Positions 51,851 through 62,047 of a stretch of 64,000 bases of DNA are shown piece by piece. How positions within the stretch are numbered: position 1 is the first letter of the stretch; every line of letters starts with the position of its first letter. The notes under the pieces were generated by a model. It was given only the letters and a program-made list of their open reading frames with translations, made no database searches and was not told where the DNA came from. Source of the DNA: Candidatus Poribacteria bacterium (GTDB lineage: Bacteria > Poribacteria > WGA-4E > WGA-3G); contig OZ243938.1 in assembly GCA_965214095.1 (NCBI GenBank), positions 2,304,001-2,368,000 on the forward strand, in the 5' to 3' direction. Both the position numbers and the translations under genes were made by a program.

Positions 51851-53338
51851 CATAGGCGTCAATTTAGTGATTTTTTGCTGCATTTTCAAGGTGTTCTAAT
51901 GTTGTGTCTCTATTAGCACGTCTCTCAATGTAGCACCCATTTTGGAAAGCGTGTTTTATTTCATCAAAAGTTTGCCGAAAAGACATTATAGACTTGCGGA
52001 AACCTATTGCAAGTGTGCGTGCGAAGGTGCTAATAAGTTCTGCTGTTTTTGTTAGACTATGTTTTAGACATCGCCAACCGACCCTTAACATGATCCAGTG
52101 CCGCATAATTGCGACGATGAGTTTTGCATATAACTCACATAAGATTCTATATGGCTTGTCGCTACGGGAGGTATCAACTTTTCCAATGCTTTTGAAGCAC
52201 TTGAACATCAACTCAACCTGCCATCGGATGCGTGCGACAGCACAAATCTGTTCAGCAGTCAGATGGTCTACTTTTATATTAGTAATGTAGATATTCCATC
52301 TTGCGAGCTGAAGTCGTTTGGGTGAAGGTTTCGTATACTTCCGCTTTGCACGATGTTTTATCTCCTTAATACGCTGTTGGGTTTCTGTTTCTGAAAGTCT
52401 TTGAACAACTAATCGTGCTTTGAGACGCTTGTTTTTACCTATAAAGATTTGTTTGTCCTTGAAGTTATTAGAACCCTTCTTGAGCCATTTTAGCAAACAA
52501 AAAGGGTCACCTGTTTCATCATAGAGAAAACACTGGACTTTGTAGCGTGATATCCAAAAGACGTTTGCATCGGAAAGTCTTTTGAAGGTATCAAGTGAAT
52601 AATAGCCGAGGTCTGCGAGGCGCAAACTGCCGGCGGGTAGCATGTCAATCTGCTTTTCAATAGCACTATCAGCGGTGATACCATTGGTCAGTTCAAAGTG
52701 TTCAAAAGTGCCTGTGGCACTATCAAAACGCAGGTGGAGTTTCACGGCAGCTGTGTTCGGTTTATTCTTTTTGCTTCCACCTTCCCAAGTTTCGTGGAGC
52801 ACATCAGGGAGTGTAATCCAAGAACTATCTTGTAAATAGACACCAGTGAACTTTTCAAGGAGCGGAAGCGTTTGCGGGTCGGCAGAAATAACCTTGGACG
52901 CAGTAGCATCAAGGATAACTTTCAGGGTCTCTGCTGCTTCAGATGTAAATCGTTGTTCAATGGCTTGTCGTGAGATTGAAATCCCCAGCACACCAGCGGT
53001 TTGCGCAAGTTGTGTATAGGTGGCATCTGGGTTTTCTAACCAAGTCCAAATGAGTATTTGAGCAAAACGACTACCGTTGAGTTTACAACTTCTTTTGACA
53101 AAACCTGTATTGAGAGCTGCATCATTGGCTATAGTTGTAAGAATATGTTGCATTTCTTTGGGAACTTGTGATAATGTATTCATTAGGAAACACCTCTTTG
53201 TAGACCATAATAAATCTATATCTACATTATATATGAGGTGTTTTCATTTTTACAGAAGTTTTATTTCATAATTTATACTTCCTCTGATTAAAAGTTGACA
53301 CTTATCGGTCTTGGTGCATCCTTAAATTGACGCCTATG
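51851..53338 (-). mobile_element. IS4-family insertion sequence, copy 2 (1488 bp; nest layer 4)
   Basis: Same TIRs; 20-bp duplication GTTCGGTTAGGAAACCGAAC at 51831-51850 and 53339-53358. Confidence 0.92.
51864..53183 (-). CDS. IS4-family DDE transposase (one visible aa difference from copy 1)
   Basis: TGDPF versus TGAPF; otherwise the translations appear identical. Confidence 0.92.
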   Translation of the reverse strand: MNTLSQVPKEMQHILTTIANDAALNTGFVKRSCKLNGSRFAQILIWTWLENPDATYTQLAQTAGVLGISISRQAIEQRFTSEAAETLKVILDATASKVISADPQTLPLLEKFTGVYLQDSSWITLPDVLHETWEGGSKKNKPNTAAVKLHLRFDSATGTFEHFELTNGITADSAIEKQIDMLPAGSLRLADLGYYSLDTFKRLSDANVFWISRYKVQCFLYDETGDPFCLLKWLKKGSNNFKDKQIFIGKNKRLKARLVVQRLSETETQQRIKEIKHRAKRKYTKPSPKRLQLARWNIYITNIKVDHLTAEQICAVARIRWQVELMFKCFKSIGKVDTSRSDKPYRILCELYAKLIVAIMRHWIMLRVGWRCLKHSLTKTAELISTFARTLAIGFRKSIMSFRQTFDEIKHAFQNGCYIERRANRDTTLEHLENAAKNH

Positions 53339-53530
53339 GTTCGGTTAGGAAACCGAACCTACCGGTACTTGGAAGGACGCTAAATTGACGCCTATGGTTC
53401 GATTTCCTAACCGAACCGGTGTTTGTTCAGTCTCATAGATGCGGTTAGGAAACCGCATCTACCGAGGAGTACACGTGTTTTTACATTTCACCATAACGCT
53501 TGACTAAGCACTATCGCGTAAGTCTTGTTC

Positions 53531-55519
53531 CTACCAAGTATATGCTATTTTTGTGAACAGTTGGTTCACAGTCTCATCTGCATCTTGGTCTCCGTAGACG
53601 AGATATAGCACGATGTCTTCCAAGAACATATACTTAAAGACAGCATTTAGGTTCGGTTTATGATCTCCTCCTGAACGCAATCGGAATGTAATCCACTTTT
53701 CTCTGCCAATCTCAAAGTTTGCACTTGATCGCAGTGAAAACTTATAGGTATTTTCTCCATCAGGAAAAGTCTGCCACAGATTCTCTCCTTCAATTCCTAT
53801 GGATAGAAATTTGAAAGGAATTAGATTCATCGCGGTTGTTACAAACGTTGCTGTAGCACCTTCAAATTCACCATATTGACAGACGACAAAGATGCGATCT
53901 GGATTTTGTCGGTTGTATACTGCCTGCGCTGCAACAACCCAGTTATTGTAAACATCATACGACCAATTTCTAACAAAAAACCCGGTCTGATATTTTTCAC
54001 CTAAATCGAATTCCATCAGTTGAAAATGGTCTCCACGTATCCTTTCACCTTCATGATTCCAAGTGAGATTTTGGACAGATTCAAATTTGATCGTCTGCAA
54101 TACACCTTTATTTAAGTGCCAACGATATACACCCCAAAAACTTGGTTGTCTTATGTCCGTGAGCCGGACTAATCCGTTGATAGGTTTGAATCCATCCGAT
54201 ATATCTCTATATGCAAGACTGAAAATCGGATTCCCTCTACGATTGATTTCAGCTAAGATTGCACGCCGATCCGTTGCGTCTGGTTCCCAGTTTCCTGCAT
54301 AATTTGCTATAAAATTGAAATCTTTTGGCAGACGAATTCTCGTATCAACCGATGCTGAACGGTTATATGACTCGCTTACTTCTTTTGATGCAAAAAACAA
54401 TCCAACTGATGAGGAATTCCCCGCATCCCATAACCCGCGTGCCAAGATGTTATGACTGTCATCTTCGGTCTCTTGAACATGCATAAGTCCGTAAGTTGCT
54501 CTCCCTGTCTTTCCGATGAGTTTAGCACCGTAGTCTATCTCACCAATACGACGACTGTAAAATAGAGATATGGGTGCTCTAAAAATTCGTCCATCCTCTT
54601 GGAAGAAAGGTCTACGGTCTGTCAATCGCTGCTCAAGATCGGATAAAACGATACCTTGAACTTCAGATTCAATATGACTGAAATCTGGATTTAATGTGCC
54701 AATGATAGACGTGCTTGTGGTTATTCGGTAAGTACCATCTACACCTATTGCTGGCGTTAATTTGTCTGCTAAGGCTTCAGAATTTGATGTGTTATCATAT
54801 CTTGCTGATAAATATCCACCAAGTTCAATCTGCTTTCCAATATTCTTTAGATCAAGTTCAATGTTCGTCAGGGTGCCGAATCGATTTGCATCAGAGACGT
54901 TGACACCCGTATCAGCCCAAGTGCTTGTGCGATCCAAACTTTGATGTCGACGCACGATATTTAGTCCCCATGTCTGCTTTGCTACGCGTGGTAGATCAAG
55001 GATTTGATATGGAATTTTCATCTCTACTATCCAAGCAGTATCTGTTATCGATGCTGCAGCTGTCCATTCTCCATCCCATCCGAGGTCACCTTGTTTTTCA
55101 TCCAGTTGCGTGCCAAGCGGGTTAACAGCAAATCCGTAAGTCCGTTGTTTATCATGGTATGTGTCAAGATAGATTGCGACATGATCTTCAAATTTGAAAC
55201 TTCCATCTCTTCGTGTCTGATTAGCAATCATTGTTGACTTGTCTTGAAAACAGCGAAAACCGACATAAAGTGCTACATCATCATGGACAATGTAGACTTG
55301 AGTTTGATCTGGCACTGTCGTTTTCAATTCTGCAACCAAGAATCTTTCAATTGGTGTTGCTTGTTGCCATGCACTTTCTTCCAATTTCCCATCTATTAGT
55401 AGTTTTGCTTCAACTTTTTGCCATGCTATCGTTTGAGAATATGCATTTTTATGCATAAGAAAAAAACAACAGATAGTACAGTAAAATAGTAATATCCATT
55501 TGTCAGCTAAATTTATCAT
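53531..55519 (-). CDS. CBM9-like sugar-binding domain plus DUF5916-like outer-membrane protein (start uncertain)
   Basis: IDGKLEESAW, LDTYHD, FAVNPLG, LNPDFSHIE, RPFFQE, LFYSRRIG; C-terminal AYTW. Confidence 0.75.
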   Translation of the reverse strand: MINLADKWILLFYCTICCFFLMHKNAYSQTIAWQKVEAKLLIDGKLEESAWQQATPIERFLVAELKTTVPDQTQVYIVHDDVALYVGFRCFQDKSTMIANQTRRDGSFKFEDHVAIYLDTYHDKQRTYGFAVNPLGTQLDEKQGDLGWDGEWTAAASITDTAWIVEMKIPYQILDLPRVAKQTWGLNIVRRHQSLDRTSTWADTGVNVSDANRFGTLTNIELDLKNIGKQIELGGYLSARYDNTSNSEALADKLTPAIGVDGTYRITTSTSIIGTLNPDFSHIESEVQGIVLSDLEQRLTDRRPFFQEDGRIFRAPISLFYSRRIGEIDYGAKLIGKTGRATYGLMHVQETEDDSHNILARGLWDAGNSSSVGLFFASKEVSESYNRSASVDTRIRLPKDFNFIANYAGNWEPDATDRRAILAEINRRGNPIFSLAYRDISDGFKPINGLVRLTDIRQPSFWGVYRWHLNKGVLQTIKFESVQNLTWNHEGERIRGDHFQLMEFDLGEKYQTGFFVRNWSYDVYNNWVVAAQAVYNRQNPDRIFVVCQYGEFEGATATFVTTAMNLIPFKFLSIGIEGENLWQTFPDGENTYKFSLRSSANFEIGREKWITFRLRSGGDHKPNLNAVFKYMFLEDIVLYLVYGDQDADETVNQLFTKIAYTW

Positions 55520-55590
55520 TTTTTTCCTCTGATATATTTGTAAAAAAAAAATGGCACAAAACATAAAATATGGAGAAAGGGAATACCTGT

Positions 55591-55706
55591 ATGAAGATTA
55601 AATTTATTAAACGGGTAATTCTCATTTTCTCAAACCCGGTAGGTGCGGTTTCCTAACCGCATCGGATATCTCAAGGAAATTACCCAATTTATTTCTTAAT
55701 CTTCAT
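55591..55706. mobile_element. MITE with ATGAAGATTAA inverted ends carrying a REP
   Basis: ATGAAGATTAA...GGGTAATT / AATTACCC...TTAATCTTCAT; central GGTAGGTGCGGTTTCCTAACCGCA. Confidence 0.65.
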
Positions 55707-55888
55707 TAAGGTATTTTCAACCAATTATAGTTTAGCACCAATTCTTATAGGTTTGTTTAATTGTGTATTGTGTCACAGTGTGTTGTTAGGTTTAGTATGT
55801 TGTTATATTTATGGTAGATTATTGAATTAATTGGACGTTTTGGATATGTAGAAGTGAACTCCGATTCACGATTATCACTGAATTAAGT

Positions 55889-56078
55889 GAGGAGTGTGCA
55901 TAAAGAAAAGCAATCTCAAATATGGTCTTAAAAGTAGTAGGCACGCTCCGCGTGCCGTCCACAAAATCAAAGCATCTCAATAGATTATACTGCCACAAAT
56001 GTGACAATTACATATAAAGAAATACTTGATGAGAGACGCAGCCAATGTTGGCACATAATATATTTATGCACACCCCTC
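55889..56078. mobile_element. 190-bp MITE with 8-bp TSD (IS256-like), copy 1
   Basis: TIR GAGGAGTGTGCATAAA / TTTATGCACACCCCTC; perfect TSD AATTAAGT. Confidence 0.8.
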
Positions 56079-56200
56079 AATTAAGTCGCGATTCGGAGAT
56101 CGCTCCTACAGTGACGTGTATAATTCATAATTCAGTAGATTATATACACAATCTAACAGAATATCTATTATTGGCGAAGGTATTACTTGTAGAAGCGATG

Positions 56201-57580
56201 TTAAAACGTACTATCGCGAGTGGTAATCGGACACCAACGAGATGAATGGAGATAACGCACCAACACATCTTTTGCAGCCGAAGTGCCGATACGGTAAAGC
56301 GCATGCGCCGCATTACCACGGATATAACGGTTGTCATCAAAAAGCAGATTTTCCAAACCTTCAACAGCATCCGCAGCATGCTCCCCGATTCGACATAACG
56401 CAAACACCGCATTACGTCTAACACCATCATTTTGGGATTCTAATGCCTCTATCAATTTCGGCACCGCTAATGAACCTGATTGACTCGTCGTACCTAACGC
56501 CTCAATCGCACGCACACGGACATTGGCAGATTCATCCTCTAACGACTCAACCAAATCAGGAACAGCTGGTTCCGCCTTCGTTCCAAGGTCTCCGAGTGCT
56601 TCTGCAGCATTCGCACGAACGCCTTCAGGGGCATCTTTCAATGCATTACGTAGCACATCAACAGCAGGTGAACCCATTGCGTTCAACGCATAACACGCAT
56701 TACGACGCGTCATATCCGATTCTTCATAAAGACACCTTACCAACGGACGAACCGCTTCTTCTCCAAACTTCGGTACTTGATAGGCAGCCCGCAATCCAAC
56801 GGATTCAGTCTCACCATTCATCGCACTTATCAAACCTGACAACGTTTCACCATTAGGAGAAGCCGATGTATCAGCACCCTTTGAACCGAGGTGCCAGTTC
56901 CAAAGATGCTCAAACATGTCCTGATGTTCCGCAGGTCCAAGTGCTGTTCCGTTTGACCATGATGTTTCCTTATTTGCCCACGTCGGTTCCTGCGGTTCAA
57001 CCATTCGCGCATAGAGAAACTTCATCATATAACGTCTCTCTTCAGTCTGGTTCGGCATTGCGCGATGCCATAGATCATAATTCGCGAATACCACGGAACC
57101 CGCTTTCCCAGTAATAGGATATTCGGGAGATATTTGCGAACCTTCATTCGTGCTGAAATAATGACTTATTGGAACAACGCCAGTCGGCCCTCGTTCCACA
57201 GGTGTATCTTGTGGGTAATAGAAAACAAGCATCCGACGTGTATGATGTGACCACCTTTTGCCACCATCTTGATGCATTCCCTGTCCATTACTACCGGGCG
57301 GATTGTAATGCGGATGCCGATGTGGTTGCATGTAGTAATCCGGTCCCAATAAACTTGTCAATGCACCTTTCACGTTAGCATCGTCAAAGACTCTCTGAAT
57401 TTCTGGTATTCTCGGTAAAAGATTGTTACCCGGATTGCCCTCTTTATCAAACACTGCTGCTGTTCTTTGAAAAACGTCTTCATGAAATGCAGCGGGCAAA
57501 TCTGTATTCACAGTAACAAATCCGTTTACGATAAATTCACGCATCTGTGCGTCTGTTAAAAGGTTTTCTGCCATTTTCAT
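56201..57580 (-). CDS. PhyH-family dioxygenase fused to HEAT repeats
   Basis: MHQDG, LWHRA; VRANAAEALG, VRRNAVFAL repeats. Confidence 0.85.
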   Translation of the reverse strand: MKMAENLLTDAQMREFIVNGFVTVNTDLPAAFHEDVFQRTAAVFDKEGNPGNNLLPRIPEIQRVFDDANVKGALTSLLGPDYYMQPHRHPHYNPPGSNGQGMHQDGGKRWSHHTRRMLVFYYPQDTPVERGPTGVVPISHYFSTNEGSQISPEYPITGKAGSVVFANYDLWHRAMPNQTEERRYMMKFLYARMVEPQEPTWANKETSWSNGTALGPAEHQDMFEHLWNWHLGSKGADTSASPNGETLSGLISAMNGETESVGLRAAYQVPKFGEEAVRPLVRCLYEESDMTRRNACYALNAMGSPAVDVLRNALKDAPEGVRANAAEALGDLGTKAEPAVPDLVESLEDESANVRVRAIEALGTTSQSGSLAVPKLIEALESQNDGVRRNAVFALCRIGEHAADAVEGLENLLFDDNRYIRGNAAHALYRIGTSAAKDVLVRYLHSSRWCPITTRDSTF

Positions 57581-57683
57581 TTCCTCCAAAGGATATTGTG
57601 TGTCACTGACTAAACCTAAATTTGAATTAGTATGTCATTAATTTGCACGTTTTACAACAAAAAATGTTCATGCTTAAATAAAT

Positions 57684-57873
57684 GAGGAGTGTGCATAAAG
57701 AAAAGCAATCTCAAATATGGTCTTAAAAGTAGTAGGCACGCTCCGCGTGCCGTCCACAAAATCAAAACGTCTCAATAGATTATACTGCTACGAAGGGAAC
57801 AATTACATATAAAGAAATACTTGATGAGAGACGCAGCCAATGATGGCACATAATATATTTATGCACACCTCTC
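57684..57873. mobile_element. 190-bp MITE with 8-bp TSD, copy 2
   Basis: Closely similar to 55889-56078; TSD AAATAAAT / AGATAAAT. Confidence 0.8.
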
Positions 57874-57921
57874 AGATAAATTGTGATATACTATCTACTA
57901 AATTATATAAAGGTACAGAAT

Positions 57922-59121
57922 ATGGGAAGATCATTTGAAAAATCGTTGGCATGGCGAGAACGTGCAAAAACTGCATTAGTCGGCGGTGGACAACCCCACA
58001 AACAGAGCAACCCACCGCAACCTATTATGGTCGCAGGTGGCAAAGGTGCGCATTTTTGGGATGCTGATGGAAACGACTATATTGATTATCTAATGGGATA
58101 CGGACCGATGATTCTCGGACACGCCTATCCTACCGTGATTGAAGCTGTCGCAAAGGCATTGGAACGTGGCAACGTCTATAACTTCGGACACACATTGGAA
58201 ATTGAACTCGCAGAAAAACTTGTTGAGATTATTCCATCGGCAGATAAGGTCGCATACTTTGTCGGTGGTTCCGATGCAACCACTGGCGCACTTAAGTTTG
58301 CTCGTGCCTATACCGAAAGAGAAAAGGTGATCCGATGTGGTTACCACGGTTGGCACGATTGGTGTCACAACACGCGGGGACACTTACCGAGTAGTGCTGC
58401 AGCAACGCTCAGCGTTCCTTTCAACGACATTGACGCACTTGAAGACCTATTTAAGGAACATCCCGGAGAAATTGCCTGCTTGATTATGGAACCATCAGGA
58501 CACGACCTGCCAGCCGAAGGGTATTTGGAAAACGTCAAATCCGTTGTGAATACTAACGATGCGCTATTAATATTTGATGAAGTTAAAACTGGATTTCGAT
58601 ACGCTTTAGGTGGTGCACAGGAGTATTTCGGTGTCACACCTGATATGTCGGTTTTTGGGAAGGCATTGGCAAACGGATTTGCTACCGCTGTCGTTGTCGG
58701 AAGGAAAGATATTATGGATGAAGTTGCTGGCGTATGGGTCGCCGCTACCTTCCACGGAGAGGTGTCACTCGTTGCCGCTGCTATTGCTACAATTGCAGAA
58801 TTGGAAGCGAAAGACGGCGTAACTTTTATGTGGAAACAGGGACAAAAATTATTAGATGGCTATAGAGAAATGACAGACAGATTGGGTATTGACCAAGCGC
58901 GTATCGGTGGAATTGGACCCATGCCTTTCTTTGGGCTGAATGCTGATGGTGAAAAGCAAGGTCAATTCCGAAGAACATTCTATGAAGCAACATTAGACGG
59001 TGGATTGTATCTACCTGAAGGACATATTTGGTTTATGTCCATTTCACACACAGACGAAGACATTGATAAGACATTGAATGTTTCGGAAGATGCACTCAAA
59101 AAGGCGAAAGCAAAAACATAA
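57922..59121 (+). CDS. Class-III aminotransferase (glutamate-1-semialdehyde aminomutase-like)
   Basis: WDADGNDYID, YHGWHDW, FDEVKTGFR, FGKALANG. Confidence 0.9.
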   Translation: MGRSFEKSLAWRERAKTALVGGGQPHKQSNPPQPIMVAGGKGAHFWDADGNDYIDYLMGYGPMILGHAYPTVIEAVAKALERGNVYNFGHTLEIELAEKLVEIIPSADKVAYFVGGSDATTGALKFARAYTEREKVIRCGYHGWHDWCHNTRGHLPSSAAATLSVPFNDIDALEDLFKEHPGEIACLIMEPSGHDLPAEGYLENVKSVVNTNDALLIFDEVKTGFRYALGGAQEYFGVTPDMSVFGKALANGFATAVVVGRKDIMDEVAGVWVAATFHGEVSLVAAAIATIAELEAKDGVTFMWKQGQKLLDGYREMTDRLGIDQARIGGIGPMPFFGLNADGEKQGQFRRTFYEATLDGGLYLPEGHIWFMSISHTDEDIDKTLNVSEDALKKAKAKT

Positions 59122-59143
59122 TTCATTAGAATAGGAAACTATT

Positions 59144-60016
59144 ATGGAACAACCAACAGATTATACAAAACCTTTTATTGTTGATAAGAATTTGGGAGCA
59201 GCACTTGACATAGACAATGCTGCGCTACCACAAACTACCTCCGATGGTTCACCTGTCGTCCCACCAACACAGGAGCAGAAATATCTGTTTGATATGCGTG
59301 GGTGGCTGTTAGTACCCGGTGTATTGATAGGTGATGAACTGGAAGAGATACAGGAGTTTTGCCACCGACTACGTCATGATCCTGAGTCTATTCCAGATTA
59401 CGAACGTACACCTCTCGGCGGTCCGATGCAAAAATTAGCCGATCATCCAAATGTCGTCGGTTTTCTAAACGAATTCCTTGCACATCCAGCCTTATCAAGT
59501 CCAGAATGTTACGGTTTCAGAATGGAATCCTGCCACATGTTCTATCGCACGGTTGGGGATGGCAACTTTGGACCACACAACGGCAACGGCATGCTCCGTT
59601 TCCCCGGAGATTCGCACCTCTATCGGTGTATTCCGGGCAGGGGATATAGCGGTTTAACTCGTATTGTTTGGGAACTTAATCCTGTCAAATATAGACAAGG
59701 CGGTACTCTGTTCGTTACAGGAAGCCATAAGGCTGTTTATACTGCACCTGAAAGTATCCGAACTCCGGATTCTCAAATTTGGGATACCTACGAGTGTCCT
59801 GCAGGTTCGTTGCTCTTTTTCACTGAGGCATTGACGCATAGCACACACAAATGGACAAATGAGGATAATAATCGGATGGCAATTTTTAGTTGCTATAATA
59901 CTGTGAATAGCAAATGGCACGATTGGAACCCACACCCAAAACTGCTGGAGGAGATGCCACCGAAACGGCAGACCCTCTTTAGACCTGTCCGCGCCGCGAA
60001 TAACCTAATACAGTAA
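59144..60016 (+). CDS. PhyH-like Fe/2OG enzyme with HxG motif
   Basis: YLFDMRGW, GPHNG, FVTGSHK, ALTHST. Confidence 0.8.
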   Translation: MEQPTDYTKPFIVDKNLGAALDIDNAALPQTTSDGSPVVPPTQEQKYLFDMRGWLLVPGVLIGDELEEIQEFCHRLRHDPESIPDYERTPLGGPMQKLADHPNVVGFLNEFLAHPALSSPECYGFRMESCHMFYRTVGDGNFGPHNGNGMLRFPGDSHLYRCIPGRGYSGLTRIVWELNPVKYRQGGTLFVTGSHKAVYTAPESIRTPDSQIWDTYECPAGSLLFFTEALTHSTHKWTNEDNNRMAIFSCYNTVNSKWHDWNPHPKLLEEMPPKRQTLFRPVRAANNLIQ

Positions 60017-60024
60017 AGAATTGA

Positions 60025-61209
60025 ATGTTTATATATTTCAGACATAACATAATCAGCGTGTTAGTTGTTTTCACTAATTTATGCTTTTGTTTCGGTTGCG
60101 AATGGATTCCAACTGAGGTAATCACGACTGTTCCTGTTGAAAAAGCAGCAGTTGCAACCATCTCGGCAATGGATGGAAGTGATTTGATAGGCACAGCCAC
60201 ATTCACAGATATAGACGGTGGTGTTCACGTCAGGATAGAGATTCAGCATGTATCTCCCGGTTTACATGCCACACATCTCCATCTTGGCAGTTGCGACGAC
60301 ATAGGACCGCACTGGCATCCTATGGATATTCCAGCAGGAACAGTCGGTGTACCTGTCGCTGAATCGACACTTGATGCTCCACCTGTCGGTATAGGTGAAA
60401 TAGGCAACATTCCAGTAGTTGAAGATGGTACGGGTAGCTTGGAATTTACAACCCCGTTCTGGTCTGTCGGCGGCGATCCAAACACAGATATTCTCGGTAA
60501 ACTGATACTTATCCACGAGACCGGTGATACCTTCCGGACAAATCCGCACGCGCACAATGCTGCCGGAATACATACCCATAATATCGCACAAATGCCTACA
60601 GATATGGAAACGCCACAAGCAACCCATGCTTGCACACTCGCAGTGCTTGGACAGCAGATTGATTTGAATGTAGATCACCACCTCCCCGGTCAAGCTGTGA
60701 ATCCACATACCCATGATTTGTTGGAACTCTTACTAAAATGTTTCCTGAAACCTGAACAATTAACTAATCCCGCAATTCTGACTACGATCCCGTTTAAAGG
60801 TTCATCGGAGCATCAAGCATTTCTGAATATTGAACCGAAAACTTTAGCCGCCTATCACAACTTTTTTGCCTCTTTAGGTATGCCCGTAGACCCAGATTTC
60901 TTCACAAACCAATTCCAACAGACATTTCCCTCCACAACTCCTGATGCCTATAAACAGGAGATGCAACAGCGGTTAACACATCTATATATCACATCAGGTT
61001 TTGATTTTCATAATCCTGTTGATTTATTGGGGTATAACTTGCTGATAACCAGTTTTTTGGATGCGCGTACGACTGCGTGGGTGTTAGGATATTTCCAAGG
61101 GGATGATGTAGCGTTTGGTGAGTGGATCGTTGAAGTGCTAAGTGCTGTGCAGGTGAGACCGGGTGGCGGGGCACGCATCGGCTGTGGTGTGATTGAGTTG
61201 GTAGAGTGA
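60025..61209 (+). CDS. Exported Cu/Zn superoxide-dismutase-fold protein with a large insertion
   Basis: PGLHATHLH, GPHWHP, IGNI, LILIH...GD, GARIGCGVIE. Confidence 0.75.
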   Translation: MFIYFRHNIISVLVVFTNLCFCFGCEWIPTEVITTVPVEKAAVATISAMDGSDLIGTATFTDIDGGVHVRIEIQHVSPGLHATHLHLGSCDDIGPHWHPMDIPAGTVGVPVAESTLDAPPVGIGEIGNIPVVEDGTGSLEFTTPFWSVGGDPNTDILGKLILIHETGDTFRTNPHAHNAAGIHTHNIAQMPTDMETPQATHACTLAVLGQQIDLNVDHHLPGQAVNPHTHDLLELLLKCFLKPEQLTNPAILTTIPFKGSSEHQAFLNIEPKTLAAYHNFFASLGMPVDPDFFTNQFQQTFPSTTPDAYKQEMQQRLTHLYITSGFDFHNPVDLLGYNLLITSFLDARTTAWVLGYFQGDDVAFGEWIVEVLSAVQVRPGGGARIGCGVIELVE

Positions 61210-61235
61210 GATCTTGTTGTTGGAATTCAAGTATA

Positions 61236-61568
61236 TTAACGCAGAATGAACAATCCAGAATTGGCATCTCTCGTGAATTCTTCAATATCAACGAAATGTT
61301 TTCTCATCTTTTGTTCAACGGTACTCGTGGAGCAATTCCCTAACCTGAGCCAAATTACTTTTGGAGGATATCCGTGAATAATGCTCATGTTACTAAAGTC
61401 TGTGTCCTTTGAAACAATAAGATAGTCGTTATCACGAGCATAATTCCATAACTCAACATCCATGGCATCAGTTAAATCTATTGATTTGACATGTGTGGAA
61501 TTAGGAAACAGATCATCCAGCAGCGTCACTAGTTGGTCCGATAGGTTCTGATCGAATAGAAGTTTCAT
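61236..61568 (-). CDS. DUF5615 PIN-like toxin (VapC45-like)
   Basis: MKLLFDQNLS, IVSKDTDF, PPKVIWLRLGN. Confidence 0.88.
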   Translation of the reverse strand: MKLLFDQNLSDQLVTLLDDLFPNSTHVKSIDLTDAMDVELWNYARDNDYLIVSKDTDFSNMSIIHGYPPKVIWLRLGNCSTSTVEQKMRKHFVDIEEFTRDANSGLFILR

Positions 61569-61794
61569 CCGTATAAACAACCACCTGCGATTTTTCCTTG
61601 TCCGCAGCATACGCAAAACAAGCCTGAATATCTGACTCGGTTAACTCTGGAAAATCATTCAGAACTTCCGCCACTGTCATACCCGATGCAAGATATTCAA
61701 AGATATCGTAAACGGTAATCCGCATTCCGCGTATACACGGCTTCCCGCTGCGCTTACCTGGTTCAATGGTAATAATATTTCTATAATCCTTCAT
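61513..61794 (-). CDS. DUF433 antitoxin (VapB45-like)
   Basis: GKPCIRGMRITV...DFPELT...ACFAYAA. Confidence 0.9.
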   Translation of the reverse strand: MKDYRNIITIEPGKRSGKPCIRGMRITVYDIFEYLASGMTVAEVLNDFPELTESDIQACFAYAADKEKSQVVVYTDETSIRSEPIGPTSDAAG

Positions 61795-62047
61795 TTGTTC
61801 TCCTAACCATCAGAATGAGAGTTTACCATAATGCCTGCCATTTAATCTCCATTCTTACGTTTTGTGTAATGTTTGTTAAATTCGTTCATTAGCACGGGAT
61901 TTCATACACTATATACCTTTACAACCATAATCCAGATTAGTTTAAGTATAACACATTCACCAAATAAATATCAACCAAACTTCAAACCCCACACCCACCA
62001 AAACCACTTGCCTTAAACTCACAAATTACGTTATCATATCAGTAATC

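Larger units (their letters stand above)
51717..53396. mobile_element. Nest layer 3: 172-bp non-autonomous derivative of the IS4 element, carrying a REP doublet
   Basis: CATGGGCGTCAATTTAG / CTAAATTGACGCCTATG ends; 20-bp duplication 51697-51716 and 53397-53416 (1 mismatch). Confidence 0.8.
51660..53495. mobile_element. Nest layer 2: TATAGT...ACCATA REP-doublet MITE (interrupted)
   Basis: Removing the inner layers regenerates a close match to the reverse complement of 24864-25001. Confidence 0.8.
51548..53513. mobile_element. Nest layer 1: MITE with TAGTGCTTAGTCAA inverted ends
   Basis: Perfect 14-bp inverted repeat at 51548-51561 and 53500-53513. Confidence 0.6.

Noticed and set aside
47009-53338. 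Composite transposon carrying the lipoprotein and sigma-DnaN genes
   Set aside because: Each IS copy has its own distinct 20-bp duplication, indicating independent insertions, although recombination between them could delete the interval.
55889-57873. MITE-bounded cassette carrying the PhyH-HEAT gene
   Set aside because: Each MITE has its own 8-bp TSD and the outer flanks do not match.
57922-59121. hemL assignment
   Set aside because: Family similarity only, with no tetrapyrrole gene context; many paralogues have other substrates.
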